Shown piece by piece: positions 38,970 through 50,962 of a stretch of DNA of 64,000 bases. Source of the stretch: Blastocatellia bacterium. GTDB taxonomy: Bacteria > Acidobacteriota > Blastocatellia > RBC074. The DNA lies in assembly GCA_035560235.1 (NCBI GenBank), contig DATMAG010000113.1, positions 13,209-77,208 of the forward strand. Direction: 5' to 3'. The notes below the pieces were generated by a model. That model was not told the DNA's origin and ran no database searches. It was given only the letters and a program-made list of their open reading frames with translations. A program made the position numbers and the translations under genes. The stretch's first letter is position 1. Each line of letters begins with the position of its first letter.

Positions 38970-41285
38970 CTATTTTCTGAGTCGGGAGAACTGCTCGGTT
39001 ACGGCGCGCGAGGCCTGGCTGACGCGACCGATGACCTGGCGATTGAGAAAGTTTCCGGCAGACTGCGTGAACTGTCGCGGCGTCGGCCACCACTGCACGA
39101 CGATTGAAGTGCGTCCGTTGCCGAAGACGCGCAGCACCACGCAGCGCCAGCGGTTGTGCGGCCCCGGAGGTTCGACCATTCCGACGCGGCGGCGATACTG
39201 GCGCGGAATATTGACGTTGCCTGGCACGCCGGGCAGTTCCAGCCTGATTTCGCGCTCCTGATTAACCTCGCCGCTCCACGTAATCACCTTCGGCGCTGAG
39301 TCAGTGACCGGAGGAGTTTCCGGCTCATCATCGCGCTCGTAACGGTGGTCGTCCATCCGGCGATTGTCAGCCTGGCGGTCGTCGCGCTGAGGCCACGACT
39401 GGCTGGAACGCTGCGGCGGCTGATCTGAATCCTGAACAGCGTGGTCGCTGCCAGTGGTCTGATAAGGCTGGCGATCACTTTGCCCGCTGCCGGAAGGCGA
39501 CCAGTGCGGTTCGGCGTTTTCAGCCGACGCCGGTTCACGCACCGGGCCGTGACTCTCAGCCGGATTGCTCGACGGCTGAGGCTCGCGCGTGATGCTGATG
39601 GTCGGCGCAGGCGCGGGCGGCATCTGCGGGCTGACGGACGGCGCGGCAGGTGACGGCTTCGGGGTGACAGTCGCTGAAGGAATGATGCCTGAAGCGAGCC
39701 TGAGCAGCTTTTCGCCAAAGCTGTCAGTTGAGAACGGACGATACGCTGCGCCGGATTGTGGTGATGATGCGGCGGCTGAACGCTGTGATGATTCAGGCGG
39801 CGCGGCTGAATTGCCGGAACTGTTGCCGGTGCTGCTCGCCTGCATCTCGCCGGGCGAAGCGAATGGCGAAGCCTGCGCGAGCGGCGACGGAGTGGTGAGA
39901 TCGGCCATTTCCGCCTGCTGATGAGCCGAAGAGAAATACGGCTCGAGCGCTGACCAGAGCTGCGTGCCGGAGAGCGCGCCTGCGGCGGCCAGCAGCAGCA
40001 GCATTGCTGCCAGCGCCAGCACGCGACGGCGACGACGCGAATCGGTGCGCTGCAACTGATCAAAGGCTATGTCAGCCTGAGTGGCCGGAACGAGGTCAGA
40101 AGCCGTGGCCGACTCAGTGCTGAGCGGCTCGGATTCGCCGGTCTCTGACTGCGGGATGGCAGGAGCTTCCGGCAGGCCGCTCAGAATCGAGGCCAGGCTT
40201 TCCGTTTCAGTATTCAGCGGCACGACCACGCGGGCCGAAACGCCATCGCGGTAATGACTGAGTTCGGCGGCGAGTTCTTCGACGCTCTGCTGCCGCTTCT
40301 GCGGATCCTTGGCCAGCGCCCGCAGGATCGTCGTTTCAACTCCGGCGGGCAGGTCGTGAACCAGTGCGCGCGGGCTGACGGGTTCATCACGAATCTGCCT
40401 GACAGCAATCTCGGTCGGCGTCAGGCCGGTGAAGGGCCGCTGCCCGGTGACCATTTCATAAAGCACCACGCCGAGCGAATAGATGTCAGAACGCTGATCG
40501 AGCGGCAGATTCTGGCACTGCTCCGGCGCGGCATAAGAGACAGTGCCGCTCAGCACGGCGTACTGCGTGAACGGCGGCGTGCCGGGCGGCTGCGGAATGC
40601 GGGCGATGCCGAAATCAATGATCTTGAGGTCAGGGGCAGGGCATTCAGAACCGGAAAGCGCGAAGGACAACAGCTCATCGGTTTCATCGCTGCGCGGATT
40701 TTCAGTTCCCGTCCCGCACAGGAAGAGATTGCGCGGATTGAGATCGCGATGCACGATGCCGCGCGCGTGCACAGCGCTGAGTCCGGCGGTGACAGCTTCA
40801 GTCAGGCGGATCGCTTCGCGCACGCTGAGGCGGCCCCGCAGCGACAGTTCCTCGCGCAGTGTGTGGCCGTGCAGCCGCTCCATCACGATGTAGCGCAGTT
40901 CGTCGGTAATCAGATCGGTGTCGAAGATGCGAACGATGTTCGGGTGCTGAACGTTGACGAGCGCGACGACTTCGCGGCGCATCCGCTGCAGCATTTCAGC
41001 CCAGTAATTTCGCAGCGCGGTTTGGTCGAAGGCTTCGCCGGGCAAGTTGCGAACCAGCTGGCGCGGATCGCTGACCTTGACCACAACCGTCTGGTCAGTG
41101 TGCGTGTCCAGGGCGACAAAGACAGTGGACAGACCGCCTTCGCCGAGCCGCTCTCTGATCTGGTAACGTCCGCTGAGGCTGCAATTGAGCAGCCGCTCGA
41201 ATTCAGGCTCACGCGGCTGGCCGCACTTCGGGCAGAAGACAGCGAGGTCGAGAAGATCACCGGAACAGCGTGTACAGCGTGTCAT
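38970..41285 (-). CDS. Ser/Thr protein kinase with N-terminal zinc ribbon, TM segment and Pro/Ser-rich extracytoplasmic tail
   Basis: The N-terminal CTRCSG..FCPKCG forms a zinc ribbon. Hanks motifs are present: GEGGLSTVF, VVVK, HRDLNPRN, DFGIA, APE. The TM segment is RRVLALAAMLLLLAAAGALSG. Confidence 0.85.
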   Translation of the reverse strand: MTRCTRCSGDLLDLAVFCPKCGQPREPEFERLLNCSLSGRYQIRERLGEGGLSTVFVALDTHTDQTVVVKVSDPRQLVRNLPGEAFDQTALRNYWAEMLQRMRREVVALVNVQHPNIVRIFDTDLITDELRYIVMERLHGHTLREELSLRGRLSVREAIRLTEAVTAGLSAVHARGIVHRDLNPRNLFLCGTGTENPRSDETDELLSFALSGSECPAPDLKIIDFGIARIPQPPGTPPFTQYAVLSGTVSYAAPEQCQNLPLDQRSDIYSLGVVLYEMVTGQRPFTGLTPTEIAVRQIRDEPVSPRALVHDLPAGVETTILRALAKDPQKRQQSVEELAAELSHYRDGVSARVVVPLNTETESLASILSGLPEAPAIPQSETGESEPLSTESATASDLVPATQADIAFDQLQRTDSRRRRRVLALAAMLLLLAAAGALSGTQLWSALEPYFSSAHQQAEMADLTTPSPLAQASPFASPGEMQASSTGNSSGNSAAPPESSQRSAAASSPQSGAAYRPFSTDSFGEKLLRLASGIIPSATVTPKPSPAAPSVSPQMPPAPAPTISITREPQPSSNPAESHGPVREPASAENAEPHWSPSGSGQSDRQPYQTTGSDHAVQDSDQPPQRSSQSWPQRDDRQADNRRMDDHRYERDDEPETPPVTDSAPKVITWSGEVNQEREIRLELPGVPGNVNIPRQYRRRVGMVEPPGPHNRWRCVVLRVFGNGRTSIVVQWWPTPRQFTQSAGNFLNRQVIGRVSQASRAVTEQFSRLRK

Positions 41286-41520
41286 ACCTTCGGCTCCTTC
41301 AAAAGTGAGCGAACGAGAACGGATGCAGTCGGGAACCGACTAATTGATTACCACAAGAGGAAGGTCAAGGGGTGCGCAGAGTATAGAGTAAATCCCGGTG
41401 AAGCGCCATCGGAATCGTGCAGCCGACACCTTCGTCCGGCAGATCATTTTACTAACCCCGAAGCTGTCCTTATAATCGCCGCGCTTTTTATCGTCCCGAG
41501 CGAAAGAGAACTGAAAAACC

Positions 41521-42675
<1,155 letters not shown>

Positions 42676-42699
42676 GGTGACAACCGCTGCCTCCGTTTT

Positions 42700-43494
42700 T
42701 CAGCGTCTTGCCGATGTTATCGGTTCGGGCGTGACGCCTCTGGTCGGCTGGCTGGAGGTCAGTTCGCGCCAGACTCTGGCTTCGATTGATTCGGCCCGGC
42801 GTTCAAGTTCGTGCAGCAGCGAATCGCGTCGGCTCAGACGCCTGCGCATCTCGGCGCTTAGCGTCTGGCCACCGCGCTGCGCGTGATACCTGAGCAGCAG
42901 TTCGTTGGTCTGCTCAACCAGTTCCTCGACTTTTCGCACCCTGTCCAGATCCGAGAGAATATCCACGGCGTGGGCCAGCTCGTGCCCCAGCACTTCAGCG
43001 TAGCGCTCTTCCTTCCGCAGACCCCGGAAGGGAATCAGCCCGTCCGTGCGCTGGGCGCTTTCGCCAATGAATGCCTGATCAATGTTGGCCAGATAAAGTT
43101 TGATGGCCGCCTCGTGCCGCTCACCCTGCGGATCGAAATGCTCGATGCTGAAATTGCCCGCCGTGCAGCTCGACAGGCGCGATTCCGTAATCAGTTCGAT
43201 ATAGATGGCGTGGCCGCTGGCTTCAGCCCATTCGTAGAGGCTTCGCAGCGTCGGATGGAGTGGCTGGCCTGTGGCATCTTCGGCGAAGACGAGGCGTTCA
43301 ATCGCCTGCCACTTCGCCAGGTGGCGGGCCGGGATTCGCTGGGTCAGAATGCCTGTGGTCTTTTCGATCTCTGCGCTGGAACCGTCAGGCCTGTCTGCCG
43401 GGTGCGCACTGACCGGCTGCATCAGCGCGAGGAGGATGGAAGAAGCGAGCAGCGCATCAAGTGCGGCGCTGAAGACCAGGAGCCGGAAATTCAT
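42700..43494 (-). CDS. secreted hypothetical protein with HExxH motif
   Basis: ATG 43494 lies 4 nt after GGAGG and gives the signal peptide MNFRLLVFSAALDALLASSILLALMQPVSA. The only catalytic-looking motif is YAEVLGHELAHAVD. Confidence 0.4.
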   Translation of the reverse strand: MNFRLLVFSAALDALLASSILLALMQPVSAHPADRPDGSSAEIEKTTGILTQRIPARHLAKWQAIERLVFAEDATGQPLHPTLRSLYEWAEASGHAIYIELITESRLSSCTAGNFSIEHFDPQGERHEAAIKLYLANIDQAFIGESAQRTDGLIPFRGLRKEERYAEVLGHELAHAVDILSDLDRVRKVEELVEQTNELLLRYHAQRGGQTLSAEMRRRLSRRDSLLHELERRAESIEARVWRELTSSQPTRGVTPEPITSARR

Positions 43495-44036
43495 GTCACC
43501 TCCGTTGCGAGAGGTCTGGGGCAACCATTGATGCGGGGCTGATCAAACCGAAAGGGCTACGGGGAGAGGTGTCTCGGAGGAAGAAGCGCCGAAGGAGGTG
43601 CGCCTGCGAGACTGTGACGCGACGGGGGGGATTATATGCAAAACGACATGAGGGTGGTAGAAAATTCTGCGGGCAGGCCGATTAAATCACGTTGAGGTGC
43701 GCGGCTTCAGCAGCGACCGGGCTGGCGTGCCGAAAAGACGAAAGGCTGGTGGCCCTCACAACCACCAGCCTTTCTGACCCTGAACACAAACTCACGCAAA
43801 AAGGAGACTCAACGATGATCTGCTGCCTGATTCCTCACACTCCCGAAACGGCCTCACATTCCGTTTCGCTGCTGCCGATCACCTTTGGTACTTCACTACA
43901 CGCTGCCGCCCTGAAAAGGTTCCGCGAATCCCAAAAAATTTCTGCTGCGCTCAGCCGCTTCCGGGGCGGCTGGAACGGCTTTTCAGACGAGGTTTCAGTG
44001 AGCCAAAAAGCCGCTAATCCGTGGCAAAAATAGTTT

Positions 44037-44065
44037 TTGACAGCCCCCGGGCAGTCTGCTAAATT
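44037..44065 (+). promoter_or_regulatory. sigma-70-like promoter upstream of speA
   Basis: TTGACA (44037-44042), an exact 17-nt spacer and TAAATT (44060-44065). This implies a 5' UTR of about 155 nt. Confidence 0.35.
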
Positions 44066-44227
44066 GCGAGCCTTGATTTACCCTGTGCATCTGTTCGTTG
44101 CGGCTGCCACCTTCACAACTGCGCTGAAATAAAAGGCTACAATGCCCGCCCCGCGCGTCTGGTTGTGTGTGCGTCAGCCGGGATCAGGAACAGCCCTTCC
44201 CCATCGGAGGTAATCAATCACGACCAA

Positions 44228-46135
<1,908 letters not shown>

Positions 46136-46237
46136 GGCAGGAGAGACAGGGAGGAAAACCTTCAGTTCATCAATCTCTCTGTCTCTGCCTTCCCTCTGCT
46201 GCCGACTGCTCCGCCCGGTTTCAGCTGCAATTGACCA

Positions 46238-47287
46238 ATGATCAGACGACTCAAAGGCGCAAAATATCTGACCAAACCGACCCAGCCTCTCAATGTTGAC
46301 CGCGACCGCAGCGTTCCCGGCCTGCTTGAGAAGATGGAACACATCTCCTTTCAGGGGCGCAATCTGGCCATCGCGCATCAGATCTGGCTGCAGATGCTGG
46401 CCGAAAATGCACTCGTCATCATGGGCCTGAGTGGCGCGCTGGTGCCCGCCGGCATGCGCCGCCTGGTTTCATACCTCATCAAGAACCGCTACATTGACGT
46501 GCTGGTCTGCACCGGAGCCAATCTCTATCACGATCTGCATGAAACGCTGGGCCGCCATCATTACATCGGCGATCCGGGCATCAGCGATGCCGAACTGCAG
46601 GAACAGATGGTTGACCGCATCTATGACACCTATGCTTCGGAGGAGGAGTTCCGCGAAGCCAACGAATGGATCGGCGGATTCGCCGCGCAGCTCGACAACA
46701 CGCACGCCTATTCGACCCGCGAATTCCTGCACCTGCTCGGTCGCGAACTGAGCGAAATCGCCACCGAGGATGGCATTCTCACTTCGGCCTACAAATCGCG
46801 CGTGCCGATCTTCTGCCCGGCCATTACTGACAGCGCCTTCGGCGTTTCCATCGCCATCAGCCGCATCGAGAAAAAGAACCCGTTCCAGTTCGATGTTCTG
46901 CAGGACGTGGTTGAACTCGGTCAGGTCGTCTCGAAAGTTCGCTCAACCGGCGTGGTCTTTTTCGGCGGCGGCACTCCGAAGACTTTCGTGCAGCAGAGCG
47001 AATCAACCGCGAGCGCGCTGACGGGGCAGACTCGCGGTCACAAATTTGCCGTTCAGATCACGACTGAATCGCCGCATTACGGCAGCTATTCGGGCGCTGA
47101 TTTTGATCAGGCGCAATCCTTCGGCAGACTGGCCCGCAACGCTCGCGCCGTTACCGTGCGCTGCGATGCGACGATTGCCATGCCGATGCTCGTCACCTCG
47201 CTGTCACAGACAGCCTCAAAAGCCCTCCGCACCCGCAAGCGCGTGCAGTTTACTTTCGCCAGAGACCTGAATATTCAGGTGCCGTAA
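46238..47287 (+). CDS. deoxyhypusine synthase-like protein (bacterial DHS homologue)
   Basis: 349 aa. Segments ..FQGRNLAIAHQIW..MGLSGALVPAGMRRLVSYLIKNRYIDVLVCTGANLYHDLHE.. and ..VVFFGGGTPK.. match the DHS fold signature. Confidence 0.8.
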   Translation: MIRRLKGAKYLTKPTQPLNVDRDRSVPGLLEKMEHISFQGRNLAIAHQIWLQMLAENALVIMGLSGALVPAGMRRLVSYLIKNRYIDVLVCTGANLYHDLHETLGRHHYIGDPGISDAELQEQMVDRIYDTYASEEEFREANEWIGGFAAQLDNTHAYSTREFLHLLGRELSEIATEDGILTSAYKSRVPIFCPAITDSAFGVSIAISRIEKKNPFQFDVLQDVVELGQVVSKVRSTGVVFFGGGTPKTFVQQSESTASALTGQTRGHKFAVQITTESPHYGSYSGADFDQAQSFGRLARNARAVTVRCDATIAMPMLVTSLSQTASKALRTRKRVQFTFARDLNIQVP

Positions 47288-47311
47288 CCCCTGGCCGGTC
47301 GGAGGCAGTAA

Positions 47312-47360
47312 AAAGCGCTGAGTAAGAAGACGCTCTTACTCAGCGCTTTCTGTTTTCTGC
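47312..47360. terminator. strong hairpin terminator between convergent genes
   Basis: AAAGCGCTGAGTAAGA (47312-47327) pairs with TCTTACTCAGCGCTTT (47334-47349), 16 bp with a 6-nt loop. It is followed by CTGTTTTCTG. Confidence 0.6.
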
Positions 47361-47400
47361 GATGCGGTTCCTGCCTGAACAGCCGGGCGGCAGTGCTGCC

Positions 47401-48813
47401 TTACTGCGGGCAGGTCAGAACCGTGACCGTGATTCTGATGCGGTAATCAATCGCGTAACTCAGCGCGCGCATTGTGCTGCCGCTGCTGAATCTGCCGTAG
47501 TTGAACTGTGCGCCGAGGACCGGCAGGTTGTCGGTCGGCGCGACTGAGAACCACGCAGTTGAGCCGGGTGGAATCAGGTCGCTGATTCCGGTGGGGGAGG
47601 GGCGCAGCGTTCCAATCTGGATGTCACGATAACAGACGCTGGTCGCGCTGACGTCAGCGCTCGTTGCGGTGCCGACGTTATTATTGCCGGTGACGCGAAA
47701 GGTCGTGCCGGAAATTCCGCCTGTCAGATCAGGCAGCGGGCGAAAGACCATGAGCGTTGTTCTGTTGAGGCCGCCCGTCTGACTTGGGACGTCATCGGCC
47801 ACGACCTGCGCCGGGAGCCGGTCATACATTGTGTCATCGAAGGCCATCTCAGCCACGCCGCTCGTCGGCGTCACCGCGCCGCCTGAGCGTTTGGCGACGG
47901 CCACTGCACTCAGCATCTGATCGTATGGCGCGCCGTTGACCGGATTGGGCTGCTTGACGGTCACGTTGCCCGTCAGCCAGTTGAACTGAATCGGCTGTCC
48001 GGACGAATCGCAGGCCACGGCAACCACATAGCCACGACTGCCCGGATCAATATCGCTCGCCAGCAGACTGACCGTATTGCGTGGGCCGAGGCAGAGCGTG
48101 TATTCCGCCGGCTGACAGGTGTTGTTGATCAGAAAGAGGCGCACATAAACGCTGTCGGTCAGATTCGTGTTGGAGAGGCTGAGCGAACTGTCCTCGCGGG
48201 CCGGGTTCGATGCGCTTGAGGTGTAGCGGCTGTAAAAAAGCACCGAACCGGGCTTCTGATCTCCGGGCCTGACGGCTGCCGAAATTGCTGCCAGTTTCAG
48301 ATCAACCAGATTGAGCGGGCTGGAGGGACTCGTGGCAATGGCGCGCGACGGCGTGGCGATCACACCATCCGAGAGAGTCCATAACAACTGATACTGATTG
48401 AGCGCGGCGGCCACCGCGTCGAGATCGGCAATGCCCGGCGTCAGCGTGCTGCCGGGCAGCGGCTGCCCCGGGCCGACATTCGATCCCGTGGGATAGAACG
48501 AAGCCACCGGCACAGGCGGCACCAGCCGGTCATTGCTGTAAGCCGCTGTGAACTTCAACTGGCTGGTGGCAACCACCGTGCTGCCGCGCAGCAGCGTCAC
48601 CGAAAGAGTTGCGCCCGCCGGAACGTTGATCAGAATGGGCGATTGTACCAGCAGGCTCGAAAGCGACGAGGGCAGCGTCGTGACCTGTTCGAGCGTAAAG
48701 TAGTTGGCATCTCCCGCGCTGACCGGAATCAGCAGCAGGCTCAGAACGCAGCAGGTGAAAAGACCGCGCAGGGCCTTTCGCACAACGGGGCAAGAGGTAA
48801 TGAAACGGGACAT
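47401..48813 (-). CDS. secreted hypothetical protein (no recognisable domain)
   Basis: ORF 47401..48870. ATG 48813 lies 5 nt after GGAGG and gives the signal peptide MSRFITSCPVVRKALRGLFTCCVLSLLLIPVSA. The composition is beta-rich and Thr/Ser/Asn-rich. Confidence 0.5.
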   Translation of the reverse strand: MSRFITSCPVVRKALRGLFTCCVLSLLLIPVSAGDANYFTLEQVTTLPSSLSSLLVQSPILINVPAGATLSVTLLRGSTVVATSQLKFTAAYSNDRLVPPVPVASFYPTGSNVGPGQPLPGSTLTPGIADLDAVAAALNQYQLLWTLSDGVIATPSRAIATSPSSPLNLVDLKLAAISAAVRPGDQKPGSVLFYSRYTSSASNPAREDSSLSLSNTNLTDSVYVRLFLINNTCQPAEYTLCLGPRNTVSLLASDIDPGSRGYVVAVACDSSGQPIQFNWLTGNVTVKQPNPVNGAPYDQMLSAVAVAKRSGGAVTPTSGVAEMAFDDTMYDRLPAQVVADDVPSQTGGLNRTTLMVFRPLPDLTGGISGTTFRVTGNNNVGTATSADVSATSVCYRDIQIGTLRPSPTGISDLIPPGSTAWFSVAPTDNLPVLGAQFNYGRFSSGSTMRALSYAIDYRIRITVTVLTCPQ

Positions 48814-49012
48814 AGAAACCTCCGGATTGTTGACAGCACCGTCAGCGGCAGATGCGTGAGGCAGCCGCAATTGCCTGTTCGGACAGAGGAAGGAGCGAGT
48901 TGCTCCCGGGTTTTCAGCTCAATTGTCGGCGATTAGTGTGCGGGGGTGATGTTACTCAATCCTGAAACAGAAGCCAACCGCCGGAGGGGGGAAGAGGAAA
49001 ATAAAACTGCGG

Positions 49013-49219
49013 CTACTGCCGGGAGCCGGAATCAGCGGCAGGCTGCGGCGAATCGCCCGCAGCATAATCCTCGCCGAGTCGCTCCCGCAGGAACCTGATC
49101 GAATTGTCATAAGCCTCGGCAATCTGCCGTTCGCGGTAAGCCTCAAAATCAACCCACTCGTCGCCGCTCAGAACTTCCAGTCTGCCGGTTTCCTGATTTT
49201 CTCTGGTTTTCAGCCCCAT
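49013..49219 (-). CDS. small hypothetical protein (68 aa)
   Basis: It lies 19 nt downstream of the 81-aa ORF on the same strand. It is an acidic, helical-looking sequence with no family recognised. Confidence 0.35.
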   Translation of the reverse strand: MGLKTRENQETGRLEVLSGDEWVDFEAYRERQIAEAYDNSIRFLRERLGEDYAAGDSPQPAADSGSRQ

Positions 49220-49238
49220 TGAAATGTGCTGCTCTCTT

Positions 49239-49484
49239 TCATTCCGATTTACTTTGAGATGAAGAATCGCCCGGTTCTCCCAGGCGAATCAGCGAGGCGC
49301 GCCTTTCGCCTTCAGTTTCGACCTTCTGCCAGCGCGTGCCGCACACGCGGCAGCGATATTGCGCCCCCTGCGCCGCCAGGCGTTCGAGGAAGCTGGAAAT
49401 ATAAGCCTGCGTCGCCGCTCCCTGCAAACGCTCGAACCGGTGACAGGCACATCCGCTTTCAGCCATTGATCCGGTCCTTTTCAC
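49239..49484 (-). CDS. small Cys-containing hypothetical protein (81 aa, possible zinc ribbon)
   Basis: Its start overlaps the vapC stop (ATGA at 49484-49481). The Cys pairs C-A-C ... C-R-V-C (ESGCACHRFE ... YRCRVCGTRWQK) could form a zinc ribbon. Confidence 0.4.
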   Translation of the reverse strand: MKRTGSMAESGCACHRFERLQGAATQAYISSFLERLAAQGAQYRCRVCGTRWQKVETEGERRASLIRLGEPGDSSSQSKSE

Positions 49485-49879
49485 ACTATCGTCATGGGCA
49501 GGGTTCTGCCGCGCACTGTTCGATCAAAATCGCTGTCGAAACTGACAATAATCAGATCGTATCTTTCAGCTGTGGCATATTGATATGAGTCATCGAAGTC
49601 CAGTCTGAAACTGGTGGCAGCAGTAATAACCTGCTCCATTTCCAGTGGAGAGAGAGAAAGCTGAGTGATCCCGGCATTCACGATCATATCATTGAGAAAT
49701 TGACGAAAAACTTCAGGCTTGCGCTGACGCAGCAGGATCAGGCCAATGGAATGGAGGGCAAAATCAGTGATGAAGAATTCATGCTGATCGCCTTTCCGTA
49801 AGAAATCCTTTGCTTCATCGGCATGCGTCTGGTTCAGAAGGATTTCCAGAAAGATATTCGTGTCAATCAGCAGTCTCAT
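49481..49879 (-). CDS. vapC: PIN-domain toxin VapC
   Basis: 132 aa. The sequence MRLLIDTNIFLEIL...FITDFALHSIG...FDDSYQYATAERYDLIIVSFDSDFDR carries the PIN acidic residues D6, E12?, D95/D96 and D115. Confidence 0.8.
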   Translation of the reverse strand: MRLLIDTNIFLEILLNQTHADEAKDFLRKGDQHEFFITDFALHSIGLILLRQRKPEVFRQFLNDMIVNAGITQLSLSPLEMEQVITAATSFRLDFDDSYQYATAERYDLIIVSFDSDFDRTVRGRTLPMTIV

Positions 49880-50100
49880 TCAGTTTCACTTCTCCAGCTT
49901 GTAATCTGATGCTGCAAGTCAACTGATGAATACTGCTCGCGCAGATCTTCCAAAGCGCCGGCCCAGTCAAACTTCGGCTGACGACGTGAACGGTTCTCCT
50001 GCTGATGAATCAGAAATTCGATATAGCTCCGAACCTCATTCTGTTTGTCAGGCGGTAGTTGCCTGAATAATTCTTCCATTGACTTCAACTGATTCTGCAT
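49876..50100 (-). CDS. VapB-type antitoxin (DUF2281-like)
   Basis: ATG 50100 lies 6 nt after GGGAGGA. The 74-aa protein is MQNQLKSMEELFRQLPPDKQNEVRSYIEFLIHQQ...KFDWAGALEDL. Its stop overlaps the vapC start (ATGA at 49879-49876). Confidence 0.6.
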   Translation of the reverse strand: MQNQLKSMEELFRQLPPDKQNEVRSYIEFLIHQQENRSRRQPKFDWAGALEDLREQYSSVDLQHQITSWRSETE

Positions 50101-50182
50101 CCTGAATCCTCCCGCCGGATGATGAGCAATGCTCCCAAAGCATAGCAGATGCCAGGCCGGGCTTTGAAACCGAATGCGGTTG

Positions 50183-50953
50183 CTACGGCCTGAACTCCGC
50201 CACAACGGGCGTGTGGTCTGACGGGCGTTCAAGCGCGCGCGGAGTTTTGTCAATCCACGCATCAACGCACTGTGCGGCCAGCAGCGGCGTGACCCAGATG
50301 TGATCAATCCGCAGCCCCTGATCGCGCCTGAAACTGCCTGACCGATAATCCCACCACGAATAATAACCCGGCTCGGGGTGATGCAGTCTGAAAGCATCCA
50401 CGAAGCCCCAGTCCTGCACTGTTTTCAGCGCCTCGCGTTCCGGTTCGCTGCAGTGAATCCGTCCCGCCCACAGCAAGGGGTCGTGAACATCGCGGTCTTC
50501 CGGCGCGACGTTGAAGTCGCCGCACAGCAGCACCGGCTGCTGCGGATCGCAATGCTCGTCAAAATATCGCCGCAGCCGCCCGAGCCATTCGAGCTTGTAA
50601 TAATATTTTTCCGCGCCGACCTCAGAGCCGTTCGGGATGTAAACGTTCACCACTCTGACCGGGCCGACGCGCGCCGCAATCAGACGGCGCGGAGCCTCGG
50701 CCTCTTCGCCGGGAAAACCGCGCTGCACTTCACTGAGCGGGGCTGCTGAAATGATTGCGACACCGTTATAGGAAGGCTGACCGAAGATTTCAAAGTGATA
50801 ACCTGCCGCTCGAAAGGCTTCGCCCGGAAACCTCGCTTCGACGCATTTGATCTCCTGCAGACAGAGCGCATCAGGCCTGTTTGCCTCCAGCCAGTCGAGC
50901 ACGTGCGGCAGCCGGACACTGATTGAATTGACATTCCACGTTGCAATTTTCAT
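50183..50953 (-). CDS. xth: exodeoxyribonuclease III
   Basis: 256 aa. The sequence [37 protein letters not shown]...[13 protein letters not shown]...WWDYR......GLRIDHIW matches the classic ExoIII/EEP motifs. Confidence 0.9.
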   Translation of the reverse strand: MKIATWNVNSISVRLPHVLDWLEANRPDALCLQEIKCVEARFPGEAFRAAGYHFEIFGQPSYNGVAIISAAPLSEVQRGFPGEEAEAPRRLIAARVGPVRVVNVYIPNGSEVGAEKYYYKLEWLGRLRRYFDEHCDPQQPVLLCGDFNVAPEDRDVHDPLLWAGRIHCSEPEREALKTVQDWGFVDAFRLHHPEPGYYSWWDYRSGSFRRDQGLRIDHIWVTPLLAAQCVDAWIDKTPRALERPSDHTPVVAEFRP

Positions 50954-50962
50954 CGCTTGTTT

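Noticed and set aside
39284-40063. 259-aa alternative-frame ORF inside the kinase gene on the same strand.
   Set aside because: It lies in the Pro/Ser/Ala-rich linker region of the kinase, where all frames stay open. Its translation is Arg/Ser/Pro low-complexity.
43760-44030. Possible 6S, SRP (4.5S), RNase P or tmRNA gene on the minus strand, ending at the 13-bp hairpin.
   Set aside because: I could not find the long closing stem and central bubble of 6S RNA, the SRP domain IV motif, the GAGGAAAGUCC-type RNase P core, or a tmRNA tag reading frame. The region is kept only as an unassigned structured region.
44165-44227. GTG 44165 as the speA start, as given by the ORF track.
   Set aside because: The extra 21 residues (MCASAGIRNSPSPSEVINHDQ) are not SpeA-like, and homology begins at MKTAIAEIAQTYGIENWG (ATG 44228). 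The start remains somewhat uncertain because no close SD precedes 44228.
49876-50397. 173-aa ORF overlapping the 3' end of xth.
   Set aside because: Only the last 74 codons (from ATG 50100, with a GGGAGGA SD) resemble an antitoxin. The upstream part overlaps xth on the same strand in another frame.
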